NCBI GenBank assembly: GCA_002329465.1
Contig: DCTW01000004.1
Coordinates: 2,933 to 66,932 of the forward strand
Length of the DNA: 64,000 nucleotides
From: Candidatus Woesebacteria bacterium UBA1430
Lineage (GTDB): Bacteria; Patescibacteriota; Microgenomatia; UBA8517
Reading direction: 5' to 3'
Under the pieces are notes generated by a model. It worked only from the letters and a program-made list of their open reading frames with translations, made no database searches and was not told the origin of the DNA. Numbering within the stretch: position 1 is the first letter of the stretch; every line of letters begins with the position of its first letter. Below are positions 24,839 through 35,042 of the stretch, one piece after another. Made by a program: the position numbers and the translations under genes.

Positions 24839-25206
24839 CCTTGGAGGCTAGTAAGCCAGGTTCTGTTTCTCGGTGATCATCTGTCTCTCCCCGATATCTA
24901 TCGGGGACTCCCGAATCAATACGGGATGCCCTGTCTTCGTCCCGCCTCCTGATAAATCAGGATATGTAGAAGGCGTCTTCCCTGTACAAAACAGGGGCGG
25001 GACATTCGCAGGTTGCAGCGGGGAGGTTTTCCTCTTTTCACCCTCTTCCCGTATACCTTTAAAGTACACCGGTGAGTCGTTGTCTCTGTGGCACTATCTA
25101 GCGCTTACGCGTCCCCTTCATGATTACATGAACGAGGCACCCTGCCTTCTGCTGCCTGGACTTTCCTCTCCGATACAATATCGGAGTAATCACCCTTCCT
25201 CCAAGG
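24839..25206 (-). ncRNA. rnpB: RNase P RNA (bacterial type)
   Basis: The minus strand contains GAGGAAAGTCCAGGC (25168-25154, CR-I) and ACAGAACCTGGCTTAC (24866-24851, CR-V). The terminal P1 pairing is ccttggagg/cctccaagg. The region is locally GC-rich, and only short mutually overlapping ORFs cover it. Confidence 0.85.
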
Positions 25207-25239
25207 CGGATATATTATAGCATTTCGAGGCAAAAATAT

Positions 25240-26223
25240 CTAATTCTTATTAAACAAAAACTCATCAAAAAATACATGAAGCGTAATTACTACTGGTACG
25301 GACAAAAGCGCACCCACTACACCGGCAAGCTTAAGGCCGATGACCAACGATAAAAGCGTAATAATAGGATTTACACCAACCGATTTTTCCATTACCTTCG
25401 GCACCAATACATAGTTTTCAAGCTGCTGAATCAACACACTAAGCGATGCGACAGCCAAAGCAGTAACAGGGGACACACCAAACGCTACAATAATCGCCGG
25501 CACCGCAGCTATAACAGGGCCTATATTGGGAACTATCTCAAAAAGACCGGCTAAAAGAGCCAACGGTACTGCAAAAGGAAGACCTATGATTACAAAACCG
25601 ATGTAATGTGCAAGCCCCACAACCACCATAAGCACAATCTGGCCTCTAGCCCAGCCTCCAAGCCTTAATTCAAGCTTGTCAATCACCCTTTCAATTTTTT
25701 TCTCGTTCTTTTCGTTTTTAAAAAAGGCGCTTAATTGTTCATCAAGCCGCTCTCTAAAAATTAAAAAGTATAATGCAAAAATAAACACAGAAAAAATAGC
25801 TAAAACATTCGAAAATATTGCGATACTCATTTTTATAAGCTGAGAGGGGAGTCTTGCAAGCTGGCTTGTTGCCTCATTTGAGATTCCCTGTGCTACAAAT
25901 TCCGGAACTTTAAGCTCCTCCACATACTCCGGGATACTGTTTGCAAAACTACCCGTTTGCTCAATTAAAGGTGGAACAAGAAGCGCAAAAAAACTGATCA
26001 ATAAGCCAAAAACAATCAAATAAACAAAAATCACGGCGACTGTCCTTGGCATTTTTAGATTCCTATGAAGTTTACTAACCGTCGGATTAAGTATCGTCAT
26101 AATAAGCAAGGCCACAAAAATCTGTAAAATAACCTCTTTAATAAGATAAAGAAGCCACAAAAAAGTCAGGAAAAATACTGTAAAAACAATTGTTCTGTGA
26201 GATATTTCAATCTTCCTTGGCAT
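25240..26223 (-). CDS. AI-2E family (PerM/UPF0118) transporter
   Basis: Eight-TM pattern with a conserved C-terminal block FEIVPNIGPVIAAVPAIIVA...LIQQLENYVLVPKVM. Confidence 0.75.
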   Translation of the reverse strand: MPRKIEISHRTIVFTVFFLTFLWLLYLIKEVILQIFVALLIMTILNPTVSKLHRNLKMPRTVAVIFVYLIVFGLLISFFALLVPPLIEQTGSFANSIPEYVEELKVPEFVAQGISNEATSQLARLPSQLIKMSIAIFSNVLAIFSVFIFALYFLIFRERLDEQLSAFFKNEKNEKKIERVIDKLELRLGGWARGQIVLMVVVGLAHYIGFVIIGLPFAVPLALLAGLFEIVPNIGPVIAAVPAIIVAFGVSPVTALAVASLSVLIQQLENYVLVPKVMEKSVGVNPIITLLSLVIGLKLAGVVGALLSVPVVITLHVFFDEFLFNKN

Positions 26224-26225
26224 AT

Positions 26226-27215
26226 TTATACTTTATATTTATACCATCTTTTTACCTCTTTTTCTACCTGATTTCGTAATAAAGAAGAGCCACCATCAAA
26301 CCAGCGGATAAATTCTTGCTTTTTAAACCATGTTATCTGTCTCTTTGCGTACTTGCATTCCTCATTTATCCATCGGCAAATAGCATCTTCACGGCTTTCT
26401 GTACCTTCAAAATATCCCCTCCACTGCCTATAACCTAAAGCTTGCATAGACTGATCTTCCCACGAAACACCGGATTTCAAAAGCTTCTCAATCTCATTAA
26501 AAATCCCACTCCTTACGCGCTTTTGCACGCGTCTTTGTATTCTGTCTTTAAGCTTCTCCCTTTCCAATTTAATCCCAACGGTCAAAATTTGATAATTAGG
26601 CTTTCTTTCCAAACTTTCAATTTTGTGCTTACTTCGAGCTATTTCAATTGCCCTTATAAGGCGTCTTTTATTTTTTCTATCGCTATTATTCATTTCCAAT
26701 GCTTTTTTAGAATCAAGTTCTCTTAACAAGGAAAATATATAATCAGTGCTTTTATCAAAAAGTTTTTTTCGAAGCCTGAAGTTAGGACTAACTTGAAAAG
26801 TTTCCATCCCATAAATCAAAGCATTAATATAAAGCCCGCTTCCACCTACTATAATCGGAAGCCTGTCTCTCGCTAAAATATCAACAATTATTCTCTCCCC
26901 TATCTTTCGATATTGTGCGACGCTAAAATTCTTTTCTAAAAAATTGGTAGGATCAACGAGGTCATATCCCCAAATCCTCAAACCATCTACTTTATAATAT
27001 CCAACCACCTCCTTCCCCGCTTTAAAATTTGAAAGTTTGAATTTGGAATTTTTTGGAAGATCCTTGCCCGTTCCTATATCCATCCCCTTATAAACCTGCC
27101 TCGAATCCGCACTCACTATTTCTCCTTTAAACTTTTTAGCAAGATAAATCGCCAAATCGGTTTTCCCCGTCGCCGTCGGCCCGCAAACAATAAGAACCTT
27201 TTTATTTCCAATCAT
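26226..27215 (-). CDS. miaA: tRNA dimethylallyltransferase
   Basis: The start is taken at the internal ATG 27215 (MIGNKKVLIVCGPTATGKTDLAI, P-loop). The ORF-track N-terminal extension to 27350 overlaps the divergent gene and looks non-coding. Confidence 0.85.
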   Translation of the reverse strand: MIGNKKVLIVCGPTATGKTDLAIYLAKKFKGEIVSADSRQVYKGMDIGTGKDLPKNSKFKLSNFKAGKEVVGYYKVDGLRIWGYDLVDPTNFLEKNFSVAQYRKIGERIIVDILARDRLPIIVGGSGLYINALIYGMETFQVSPNFRLRKKLFDKSTDYIFSLLRELDSKKALEMNNSDRKNKRRLIRAIEIARSKHKIESLERKPNYQILTVGIKLEREKLKDRIQRRVQKRVRSGIFNEIEKLLKSGVSWEDQSMQALGYRQWRGYFEGTESREDAICRWINEECKYAKRQITWFKKQEFIRWFDGGSSLLRNQVEKEVKRWYKYKV

Positions 27216-27237
27216 TCCTATAGTATAATATAAAACA

Positions 27238-28158
27238 ATGAGTATTGAATACAGTTTATCGGTAAAAGAAGCCCAAGATATACTTAGCCAAACTCTTGGA
27301 TTTGCGGAAGAAAAAAGAGCCGCCGCGGGCGGTGAAATGGAAACAGCCAAAAAACAAAATTACCAAGATGTTCTTGGTATAGCAACCACAGCATTTAACG
27401 AAGCAACAGCTCTTTTATCAAGATCAAACGATCCCGACCAAGCCGACTCAACAATTCTAGTCGCCCTTTCCGCGCTTATGGCATCCGGCACCCTGGAAAG
27501 CATGGCAGCCCACACCTTAAAATCCGACGAAGAGCGAAATAGCGCTCTTGACCAAGCATTAGATTGGCTCGATAAACTAAACGCTTATTCAGATAGACTT
27601 GAAAACATAAACCGAACTCCACACGGACCAATCGTGTGGAATGCAGAAATAGCACGAAATATCGCAAGAACATATGAAAGAAGACCAAAAGTTTCAAAAA
27701 ACAATCTAAACCTCGCTCAGTATTACTACCAACAAGCGATAGAAATAGGCCAAAAAAAAGCAATTGAGGCAGGGAGAGAATCAAATCCATTACTTCTAAA
27801 CGCATCCCAAAGCGTATTAGCAGTAGCTCTTGGTGAACGGGCAAGGATAAAAGCGCTAAAAGTAATGCATGGTTTTGAAAACATTCCCGAAGAAGAAATC
27901 ATAAATGACTACCAAAAAAGCTGTGACACAATTTGGCAAACTCTTAATATCCCCAATCTCGACAGAGTGGATACTGTGCTTCAAAGATTTTATGTATATT
28001 TGTGCAAAAAAAATCTTCCTCCAAACAATCCCCAGATCCAAAAACTCGCAAAAATGTTTATAGAACTTGAAAAAATAGAAGCAGAACGTAATCTAGGCAA
28101 ACTGGTAAAAAAAAGAAACGAATCCCGAAAAAGCCAAAATCCAAAAAGCACTGGTTAA
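27238..28158 (+). CDS. hypothetical helical protein
   Basis: 306-aa ORF with no recognisable motif. TATAAT lies upstream at about 27224-27229. Confidence 0.5.
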   Translation: MSIEYSLSVKEAQDILSQTLGFAEEKRAAAGGEMETAKKQNYQDVLGIATTAFNEATALLSRSNDPDQADSTILVALSALMASGTLESMAAHTLKSDEERNSALDQALDWLDKLNAYSDRLENINRTPHGPIVWNAEIARNIARTYERRPKVSKNNLNLAQYYYQQAIEIGQKKAIEAGRESNPLLLNASQSVLAVALGERARIKALKVMHGFENIPEEEIINDYQKSCDTIWQTLNIPNLDRVDTVLQRFYVYLCKKNLPPNNPQIQKLAKMFIELEKIEAERNLGKLVKKRNESRKSQNPKSTG

Positions 28159-28943
28159 CTGCTCGCGCTGGTATAGCGCTTCAAAGCAACTCTCCAAAAC
28201 CTAAGCGATAAAAAAAACAAAATTACCCCCGCAAAAAAAGAAACTGCAACTACACCAAAGTCAATAACCCCCATCATAACCCTAGACGGAACCGTTATCA
28301 TCGTAAAAAGAGGAACTAAGTAAGTCAAAAAAGCCCTCATATTTCGGCCGAATATCTCTATTGGAAATCTCCCAAGATTAAGCGCATCTCTGTAAATCCA
28401 AATCAAATAATCAACCTCCAAAATAATTATTCCCAAAGCCATAACCAAAATATGAAATGCGCTTGCTATAAAAAGAGAGTTAACAACCAAAGCAGTATAA
28501 AGCACGACCTCCAAAACACCGGGGTCTAAAAACAACGCAAAATAAATAGTTAAAGAAAAGATAAAAGGTAGCGTAACAAAATCAATTACATCTGCCCCGC
28601 TCATCATGGATCGGAAAAGCGCGCTCTGCGGCTTAAGAAGCGTAAGGTCAAACTCGCCGGAAATTATCTTCGGCCTGAATCTGTACACATCCCGAAACAA
28701 AAACTGAGCTAAAATATCTACCAAATTAAATGTCAAAAATATAAAAATAGTTTGATGAAAATTATATCCGGCCAGGCTACCCGTTTCACGAATTAAATAA
28801 TAAACAAAAAGATAAAAAAACAAAAAACGAACAATCTTTCCTACCAAAAAAAGCGCAAGCACCTTCTTCTGCGACAAAACGGACAAAAAAGAGTTTTTCG
28901 TCATTATAATCCAGCTTAATAAATAATATTTTAGCTTCTTCAA
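28155..28943 (-). CDS. ABC-2 type transporter permease
   Basis: Six-TM protein in an operon with a second permease and an ABC ATPase. Confidence 0.6.
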   Translation of the reverse strand: MKKLKYYLLSWIIMTKNSFLSVLSQKKVLALFLVGKIVRFLFFYLFVYYLIRETGSLAGYNFHQTIFIFLTFNLVDILAQFLFRDVYRFRPKIISGEFDLTLLKPQSALFRSMMSGADVIDFVTLPFIFSLTIYFALFLDPGVLEVVLYTALVVNSLFIASAFHILVMALGIIILEVDYLIWIYRDALNLGRFPIEIFGRNMRAFLTYLVPLFTMITVPSRVMMGVIDFGVVAVSFFAGVILFFLSLRFWRVALKRYTSASS

Positions 28944-28944
28944 T

Positions 28945-29745
28945 TTACCTTCCCTCCGCTCTATAAACCCGGATTCCTGCTGCCCAAACCTTCTTCATAA
29001 AAAAGTTTAGTATCAAAATCCACAAAAAACCAACAAAAGCGCCTTTCAAAATCCCAAATAAGCCAATCTGGCCTAGATAAATTTTTATAGGGTAAAAAAG
29101 TAAATACGGAAAAGGTGTGAAAGAAAGTATATCCATAATTTGTCTCGGCAATATATCAAGAGGAAACAGCGCTCCGCTTAAAAACTCAGTAACAACGAAA
29201 ATCAAAACAAACTGAACTCCCCAACTAGCCTCAGGAGCCCAAAAAGGCACCAGTCCGGCAATAAAAACAATCATATAAAACAAAACTATTCCAATTATCA
29301 AAGATAGTAAAAATCCGATTATAGCTACCGGTTCAGTCTGTATAAAAAACGGGGGGCGAAGTATATAAAAAAGGGCTAAAAACTCAAAAAAAGAAAAAAA
29401 CAAATGAAGGAACTTAACCGCAATATCACGGTTAAACCAATAATAAAAATAATTAATGGGTTTAACTAGATAATTGGTCAAATCTCCGCGCGCTATCTCA
29501 CCAGCAACCTCTGTAGCACGCGTAGTTAATACCAAAGATCGAACAATAAGTATTCCAAATACATAAGTTAAAATTCTCGCCCTATCATAGCCAAAAAAAT
29601 CCTGCTCTTGAGAAAAAACGCTACTCCAAAGATAAAAAACCAAAAATATCTGAAACAAATTTCGCAATCGCGAAGTCAAAAAATTAGCGCGGTAGGCAAA
29701 CTCTTGCCGAAGTGCTACGCTGTAAAGCTTAAAATATTTATGCAT
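28945..29745 (-). CDS. ABC-2 type transporter permease
   Basis: Multi-TM protein. The start is chosen at ATG 29745 (MHKYFKLYS), which overlaps the ATPase stop by 8 nt. The alternative ORF-track start is 29775. Confidence 0.6.
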   Translation of the reverse strand: MHKYFKLYSVALRQEFAYRANFLTSRLRNLFQIFLVFYLWSSVFSQEQDFFGYDRARILTYVFGILIVRSLVLTTRATEVAGEIARGDLTNYLVKPINYFYYWFNRDIAVKFLHLFFSFFEFLALFYILRPPFFIQTEPVAIIGFLLSLIIGIVLFYMIVFIAGLVPFWAPEASWGVQFVLIFVVTEFLSGALFPLDILPRQIMDILSFTPFPYLLFYPIKIYLGQIGLFGILKGAFVGFLWILILNFFMKKVWAAGIRVYRAEGR

Positions 29746-30718
29746 TCGAGGAAAAAACTTTACCCACAATCTCATTTATCGGCTCCTCTTCAATCGTTAA
29801 ATCCGAAACAGGAAAACTAGAAAGAAGCTCTGATGCAGCTACCTTAGAAACAGACCTTGAAACATAAAGCTCATAATAAGGATATTTTGCAATTCCCACC
29901 CTTCCCACCTTAGCAAGCTTCTTGGTATCAATCTCCGAAGATACCGAAAACTTTATCACCTTCTCCTTAGCATGCCTAGCAATAAGATCCTTTAAATCTC
30001 CGTCAAAAACAATCTCCCCTTCATTAATTACAATTACACGCCTGCAAAGCTCAATCACATCATCCATGTTGTGCGACGTAAGAATAATTGTAGCCTTATG
30101 CTCTCTGTTGTACTTTTTAATAAAATCTCTAAGTTTCTTCTGTGCAATTACGTCAAGCCCAATCGTCGGCTCATCCAAAAAAACAACTTTTGGCTTATGT
30201 ATCAAAGCGGCAACAAGCTCAAGCCGCATTCTCTGACCCAAAGAAAGCCTTCTTACCTGCCTCTTCACATACTTCTCCACTCCAAGAAGATTAACAAGTT
30301 CACGCAAATTCTTCTGATAAGTCCTATCGGGAATGTCATATATCCTTCTATTCAGCTCAAAAGTGTCTGTTGCAGGAAGATCCCACCAAAGCTGGTTCTT
30401 CTGTCCCATAACCATGGATATTGTTTTAAGATAAGACTCTTTCCTTTCCCAGGGAGTGTATCCCATAACCTGAACAAAGCCGTGTGTCGGAAAAAGTATT
30501 CCAGAAAGTATCTTCAAAATAGTTGTTTTACCGGCTCCATTCGGACCGATTAACCCAATAAATTCTCCCTCTGAAACCGAAAAAGAAACATCCTTTAGAG
30601 CCTCAACTGTTTTTTTCTTCGGCTTAATCAAAGAGCCTAAAGCCTCCCAAAAACCCGCATTACGTTCGGTTACTTCAAAATTTTTAACCAAGCGTTCAAC
30701 AATTATCGCTCTCTCCAT
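29738..30718 (-). CDS. ABC transporter ATP-binding protein
   Basis: Walker A (GPNGAGKTT), ABC signature (LSLGQRMR) and Walker B (VVFLDEPT). Confidence 0.88.
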   Translation of the reverse strand: MERAIIVERLVKNFEVTERNAGFWEALGSLIKPKKKTVEALKDVSFSVSEGEFIGLIGPNGAGKTTILKILSGILFPTHGFVQVMGYTPWERKESYLKTISMVMGQKNQLWWDLPATDTFELNRRIYDIPDRTYQKNLRELVNLLGVEKYVKRQVRRLSLGQRMRLELVAALIHKPKVVFLDEPTIGLDVIAQKKLRDFIKKYNREHKATIILTSHNMDDVIELCRRVIVINEGEIVFDGDLKDLIARHAKEKVIKFSVSSEIDTKKLAKVGRVGIAKYPYYELYVSRSVSKVAASELLSSFPVSDLTIEEEPINEIVGKVFSSNA

Positions 30719-30746
30719 CTAAAAAATTATAGCATTTATGAAGATT

Positions 30747-31022
30747 CTATCGCGCAACTTTTCTTTTGAGGGCCTTACCGGGAGTAAATCTCGGAAGTCT
30801 ATGAGATTTAACCGTTACAAACTTTTCGGTATTAGGGATCTTTACTGTTTTTCCCACCATTCTTTTAACTTTAAACGTCCCAAATCCCGAAAGAACAACC
30901 TTTTCACCTTTTGCAAGAACCCTACCGACTTCATCAAGAAATACATCTACAGCTTCTGAAGCAGCCCTTTTGGGCAAATGTGCCTTTCTGGCAACCTGAT
31001 CTATAAGCTGTCTCTTTGTCAT
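30747..31022 (-). CDS. hup: HU family DNA-binding protein
   Basis: MTKRQLIDQVA... GFGTFKVK ... RLPRFTPGKALK follows the typical HU/IHF pattern. Confidence 0.88.
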   Translation of the reverse strand: MTKRQLIDQVARKAHLPKRAASEAVDVFLDEVGRVLAKGEKVVLSGFGTFKVKRMVGKTVKIPNTEKFVTVKSHRLPRFTPGKALKRKVAR

Positions 31023-31063
31023 ATTCTAAAAAAATCATAAACCAATTAACCCAAATTGTCAAG

Positions 31064-32242
31064 CTATTTGGCACTTGTTGTCTCAGAAGCTTTTGTTTCT
31101 CTCAAAACAGTCACTTTTATCTGTCCTGCATAATTTGCTTCTTTCTCAAGGCTCTTTGCAATATCTCTCGCAAGTATCGTCAACTTATCGTCATCAACCT
31201 CCTCCGGATTAACAATTACCCGCACGTCCCTGCCAGCCTGAAACGCAACAGCCTCAACTACCCCCTCAAATCGCGAAGCTATCTCCTCTATAGCCTTCAT
31301 GCGTTTCACATAGTCTTCATGAGGCTCATAACGGGCACCCGGTCTTGAACCCGAAATCGCATCGGCTATCCAAACTATCACCGATTCAATAGAAGAAAAA
31401 GGCCTATCTTCATGATGCTCGGCAATTATTGACACAACTTTTTTGGGTATTCCAAATTTTTTAGCAATCTCAACACCCTTTTGTATATGATTCCCTTCAT
31501 CATCAGTAACCACCTTTCCGATATCGTGCAAAAGCCCACCAAGACGCACAGATTCCAAATCAGCATTAAGTTCGCGAGCGATAGCCATACCAATCTTCGT
31601 CTCTTCAATAGTGTGAATCGCTAGATTCTGGCCGTAAGAAGTTCTAAATCTAAATCTTCCAATCAATCTAATTAGTTCCAGAGAAAGCCCGTATTCGCCA
31701 ACCGCTTCCACAATCTTTTTTCCTTCCTCCAAAAGCACATCATCCATACCAGCCCTTACCCGCTCAACTACCTCTTCAATTCTCGATGGCTGTATTCTCG
31801 TATCTTTAATCAAGATCTCCAAAGCACGCTTTGCAATTTCACGTCTGATTGGATCAAAACTTGAAAGTTTTATTTCATTGCCCTCGTCAAGATCTATTTC
31901 AACTCCGCTTGCCCTCTCAAAAGCTCTAATATTCCTGCCTTCTTTACCGATTATTCTTCCCTTAGCCTCCTCATTAGGCAAAGCCACGGACGAAAGCGTA
32001 TACTCAGCCACATAGTCGGTAGCACCGTGTTTCATTGCATCCACAAGTATCTCTCGAGCTTTTTCGTTTGCCTCTTGTTTTATTCTGTCCTCGGCATTTC
32101 TTATTCTTTTTGCAATCTCGGAAGTAAGTTCATTTTGAACTTCTGCCAAAAGCTGCTTTTTTGCCTCCTCGCGACTCATGCGGGACACATCTTCAAGTTT
32201 TTTAATAAGCTCTTCTTTTAATTTTTCTTCACTTTTAACCAT
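31064..32242 (-). CDS. rny: ribonuclease Y (KH + HD domains, no N-terminal membrane helix)
   Basis: KH motif (IIGKEGRNIRAFE) and HD domain (LLHDIGK, EHHED). The N-terminus starts directly in the charged coiled coil. Confidence 0.85.
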   Translation of the reverse strand: MVKSEEKLKEELIKKLEDVSRMSREEAKKQLLAEVQNELTSEIAKRIRNAEDRIKQEANEKAREILVDAMKHGATDYVAEYTLSSVALPNEEAKGRIIGKEGRNIRAFERASGVEIDLDEGNEIKLSSFDPIRREIAKRALEILIKDTRIQPSRIEEVVERVRAGMDDVLLEEGKKIVEAVGEYGLSLELIRLIGRFRFRTSYGQNLAIHTIEETKIGMAIARELNADLESVRLGGLLHDIGKVVTDDEGNHIQKGVEIAKKFGIPKKVVSIIAEHHEDRPFSSIESVIVWIADAISGSRPGARYEPHEDYVKRMKAIEEIASRFEGVVEAVAFQAGRDVRVIVNPEEVDDDKLTILARDIAKSLEKEANYAGQIKVTVLRETKASETTSAK

Positions 32243-32358
32243 AATTTATTAAATAAAAACCAAACGAAGGAAAAACCGTATTTTCTTAACTTCCGGCCTG
32301 CAAAAATGATGGAGACTTAAATCTAAAATCTTCCCCCATAATCTTTCCTTCGTCTATA

Positions 32359-32387
32359 ATTTTACTCTCTAAAAACATATTTTTCAA
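32359..32387 (-). promoter_or_regulatory. candidate promoter for rny
   Basis: Minus strand reads TTGAAA (32387-32382), a 17-nt spacer, then TAAAAT (32364-32359). The -35 overlaps the recX stop. Confidence 0.3.
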
Positions 32388-32839
32388 CCGCTTACCTTCT
32401 TAATTACCTCCCAAGAATACCCCTGTCTGCTCAAAAATTCTCCTATTTTTCTCTTTTTGTCACGCTCACCAAGCCTTTCCCAACGATAAGAATTCTTTTC
32501 TATAATTTTTTTTGCCAAGCTAACTTCATCAAAATCTATCGTTTTCAAAACTTCTTCAACCAGCTCTCTTTTAATGCCTTTTTGGGAAAGCTCATAAATA
32601 AGTCCTCTTCTGGATCGTGGACGAAACTCCATTCTCTGCGTTATCCACCATTCACAAAACTCACGATCATCCAAAAGTCCGAAATCACGAAGTTTCTTTT
32701 TTAAACTTTGAACCAAAACCTTTTCAATATTTTTCTTCTCAAACCAATAGTCAAGCTCTTTTTCACTCCGTGGCCTTAAAGTAGCAAACTTTACACACTT
32801 TTCCCAAAAAAGATCAAACTCATTATCATTCTTTTTCAT
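32384..32839 (-). CDS. recX: recombination regulator RecX
   Basis: Sits directly after recA and shows the three-repeat helical pattern ([16 protein letters not shown]...). The start is taken at ATG 32839 (MKKNDNEF), which overlaps the recA 3' end by 14 nt. Confidence 0.75.
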   Translation of the reverse strand: MKKNDNEFDLFWEKCVKFATLRPRSEKELDYWFEKKNIEKVLVQSLKKKLRDFGLLDDREFCEWWITQRMEFRPRSRRGLIYELSQKGIKRELVEEVLKTIDFDEVSLAKKIIEKNSYRWERLGERDKKRKIGEFLSRQGYSWEVIKKVSG

Positions 32840-33911
32840 CACCCAGCTCTTTAGGCAAATCTTTACCGGAAACAAGAACCTCTCTAATTTTTCTTTCTAT
32901 CTCATCACAAATCTTTTTATTTGCCTTCAAGTATTCCTTCGCCGCTTCCTTTCCCTGGGCAAAAGTTTTTCCGTTATAAGAATAAAACGAGCCCTTTTTT
33001 TCAACAATCCCCATTTCCACTCCAACATCCAAAATTCCACCCAGCTTTGAAATGCCCTCATCATTTACAATGTCAAACTCAGCAACACGAAGCGGAGGGG
33101 CAACTTTATTTTTAACAACTCTAACTCTGTGCCTCGAACCAAAAACCTGATCTCCTTCCTTAAGAGTCTCAATCCTTCTGATATCAAGCCTGACCGATGA
33201 ATAAAATTTTAATGCAAGCCCACCAGGCGTTGTCTCGGGATTCCCAAACATCACACCTATCTTTTGTCTAATCTGATTTGTAAAAATAAGAATCGTCTTA
33301 CTCTTATTAATTGCGCCCGTAAGCTTTCTTAGTGCCTGGCTCATAAGCCTTGCCTGAAGCCCAATCACGGCATCACCCATCTCACCCTCAAGTTCAGCCC
33401 TCGGAACTAATGCGGCAACCGAATCAACAATCACCACATCCAAAGCTCCCGATCTTACTAGAGTCTCAGTTATTTCAAGAGCCTGCTCTCCTGTATCCGG
33501 CTGGCTTAAAAGCAAATCGTCAAGATTAACACCTATAGTCTCAGCTCTTGTAGGATCTAACGCATGCTCCGCATCTACAAAAGCACACTGCCCGCCCCGT
33601 TTCTGAGCCTCGGCAACAACATGCAAAGCCAGAGTAGTCTTCCCCGAAGCCTCGGGTCCGTAAATTTCAACTATTCTGCCTCTCGGAAGCCCGCCTACTC
33701 CAAGAGCCAAATCAAGAGCAATAGACCCCGTCGGAATTGTATCAACATCCTTAAGCTGTCTGGCGCGCTCTCCAAGCCTCATAATTGATCCTCGTCCATA
33801 CTGCTTCTCGATCTGCTCCATCGCAAGCTTTATAGCGGCAAGTTTCTGAGAAGATCCGGAAGAAGAATCCGATTTCACTTTTTCCTCTTTTTTATTCTTA
33901 CCCCTTGGCAT
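32826..33911 (-). CDS. recA: recombinase RecA
   Basis: [15 protein letters not shown], Walker [10 protein letters not shown], and the L1/L2 regions ([20 protein letters not shown]). Confidence 0.96.
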   Translation of the reverse strand: MPRGKNKKEEKVKSDSSSGSSQKLAAIKLAMEQIEKQYGRGSIMRLGERARQLKDVDTIPTGSIALDLALGVGGLPRGRIVEIYGPEASGKTTLALHVVAEAQKRGGQCAFVDAEHALDPTRAETIGVNLDDLLLSQPDTGEQALEITETLVRSGALDVVIVDSVAALVPRAELEGEMGDAVIGLQARLMSQALRKLTGAINKSKTILIFTNQIRQKIGVMFGNPETTPGGLALKFYSSVRLDIRRIETLKEGDQVFGSRHRVRVVKNKVAPPLRVAEFDIVNDEGISKLGGILDVGVEMGIVEKKGSFYSYNGKTFAQGKEAAKEYLKANKKICDEIERKIREVLVSGKDLPKELGDEKE

Positions 33912-33956
33912 TTGGCTTTACTTTTAGCACATACTAAAGGATAATACAAGCATCAA

Positions 33957-34538
33957 ATGGACTCAAAAAACCTGGATAACCAAAAAATTGTAAAACTCTT
34001 AAGAGAAGGAAAAATAGGTATTCTTCCGACAGACACAATCTACGGGATTCATGCAAGCGTCTTTATCCCGGAAGCAATTGAAAAAATATACAAAATCAAA
34101 AAAAGAGACAGCCATAAACCTTTCGTTATCCTTATTTCATCTCCTCTTGATCTTGCAATCTTTAAAATTGGCACGTCCCCCAAAATTAAAAAATTTTTAG
34201 ATAAAGTTTGGCCGGGAAAAATAAGCGTAATCTTGCCTGCCAAAGAAAACCTTTTCAAATACCTTCACAAAGGAACAAAAAGCCTAGCCATTAGAATCCC
34301 GGATAAACCGGATCTAAGAAAACTTCTGGAAAAAACAGGTCCCTTAATATCTACATCGGCAAACCCCGAAGGAAAAAAGCCTGCAACAACTATGGAAGAA
34401 GCAGAAAACTATTTTGGAAACAATGTGGATTTCTATGTAAACGAAGGATTTCTAAATGGCGAACCGTCAACTGTAGTTAAAGTAGTAGGAGACAAAATAA
34501 GACTCATTCGAAAAGGAGCAGTTAAATTAAAAAATTAA
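33957..34538 (+). CDS. tsaC: L-threonylcarbamoyladenylate synthase (YrdC/TsaC domain)
   Basis: GILPTDTIYGIHA ... KIKKRDSHKPFVILIS ... STSANPEG motifs of the YrdC/Sua5 family. Confidence 0.8.
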   Translation: MDSKNLDNQKIVKLLREGKIGILPTDTIYGIHASVFIPEAIEKIYKIKKRDSHKPFVILISSPLDLAIFKIGTSPKIKKFLDKVWPGKISVILPAKENLFKYLHKGTKSLAIRIPDKPDLRKLLEKTGPLISTSANPEGKKPATTMEEAENYFGNNVDFYVNEGFLNGEPSTVVKVVGDKIRLIRKGAVKLKN

Positions 34539-34560
34539 TCTGATAAAATATCAGTGTCAA

Positions 34561-34631
34561 CGGGGTATAGTTTAAAGGTAGAATGGGCGCATGGGGTGCG
34601 TCCGGTCCAGGTTCAATTCCTGGTACCCCGA
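34561..34631 (+). tRNA. tRNA-Pro (anticodon GGG)
   Basis: Hand-folded cloverleaf. The acceptor stem is cggggta/taccccg. U8 is present and the D loop contains GG. The anticodon stem is ggcgc/gcgtc, and the anticodon loop is A-U-GGG-G-U. The T arm is ccagg-ttcaatt-cctgg. The discriminator base is A, and no CCA is encoded. Confidence 0.85.
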
Positions 34632-34649
34632 CTGAATTTCTTCAAATTC

Positions 34650-34690
34650 AAAAACCCCGCAGGTTAGCTCCAACGGGGCTTTTGTTTTTT
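34650..34690. terminator. bidirectional rho-independent terminator
   Basis: aaaaaccccg...cggggcttttgtttttt. The stem ccccg/cgggg is flanked by an A-run and a T-run, so it can serve the tRNA on the plus strand and the convergent small ORF on the minus strand. Confidence 0.55.
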
Positions 34691-34704
34691 AGTAAGCTTC
34701 AATC

Positions 34705-34920
34705 TTACTTTTCGGGGCAACTCAGGCTGTCCCAAGCATCTTTGCTTACAAATTTAGTAAGTTTGCTCCCGTCAACTTCTGCTTTTACAGCATACCTTAC
34801 TTGCATCCCACCGTCTTTAGTCTGTCTCTCGTATTTAGTCTTCCAGCATTGACTTACCGGGACATCTACCTTCGCACGCTTTTTAACATCATAAAACTGT
34901 ACCGAATTCATTAATATCAC
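34705..34920 (-). CDS. small basic hypothetical protein (possible nucleic-acid-binding)
   Basis: 71-aa ORF (MNSVQFYDVKKRAKVDVPVSQCWKTKYERQTKDGG...) followed by the terminator. No confident family. The true start may be the ATG at 34911. Confidence 0.45.
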   Translation of the reverse strand: MILMNSVQFYDVKKRAKVDVPVSQCWKTKYERQTKDGGMQVRYAVKAEVDGSKLTKFVSKDAWDSLSCPEK

Positions 34921-35042
34921 CCCCTCTCGATTTTTGCTTAGACTAAGCTAAAAATAATCTACCTCACCCCAGCTTGTCAAGAAGTAGCCAAATTTTATAA
35001 GTTTACCAAAGCGCATAAATAGACTATTATTAAACCAATAAT

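Noticed and set aside
24848-25220. ORF-track ORFs 24848-25069 (-) and 24873-25220 (+).
   Set aside because: They overlap each other antisense, have no protein-like features, and coincide with the RNase P RNA conserved regions.
34540-34556. Small hairpin ctgata-aaa-tatcag between tsaC and tRNA-Pro.
   Set aside because: It is a 6-bp AT-rich stem without a T-run, so it is too weak to call a terminator or processing site.
34583-34852. 89-aa plus-strand ORF starting inside the tRNA-Pro.
   Set aside because: It begins within the tRNA, runs through the terminator hairpin and is antisense to the small minus-strand ORF. There is no coding signal.
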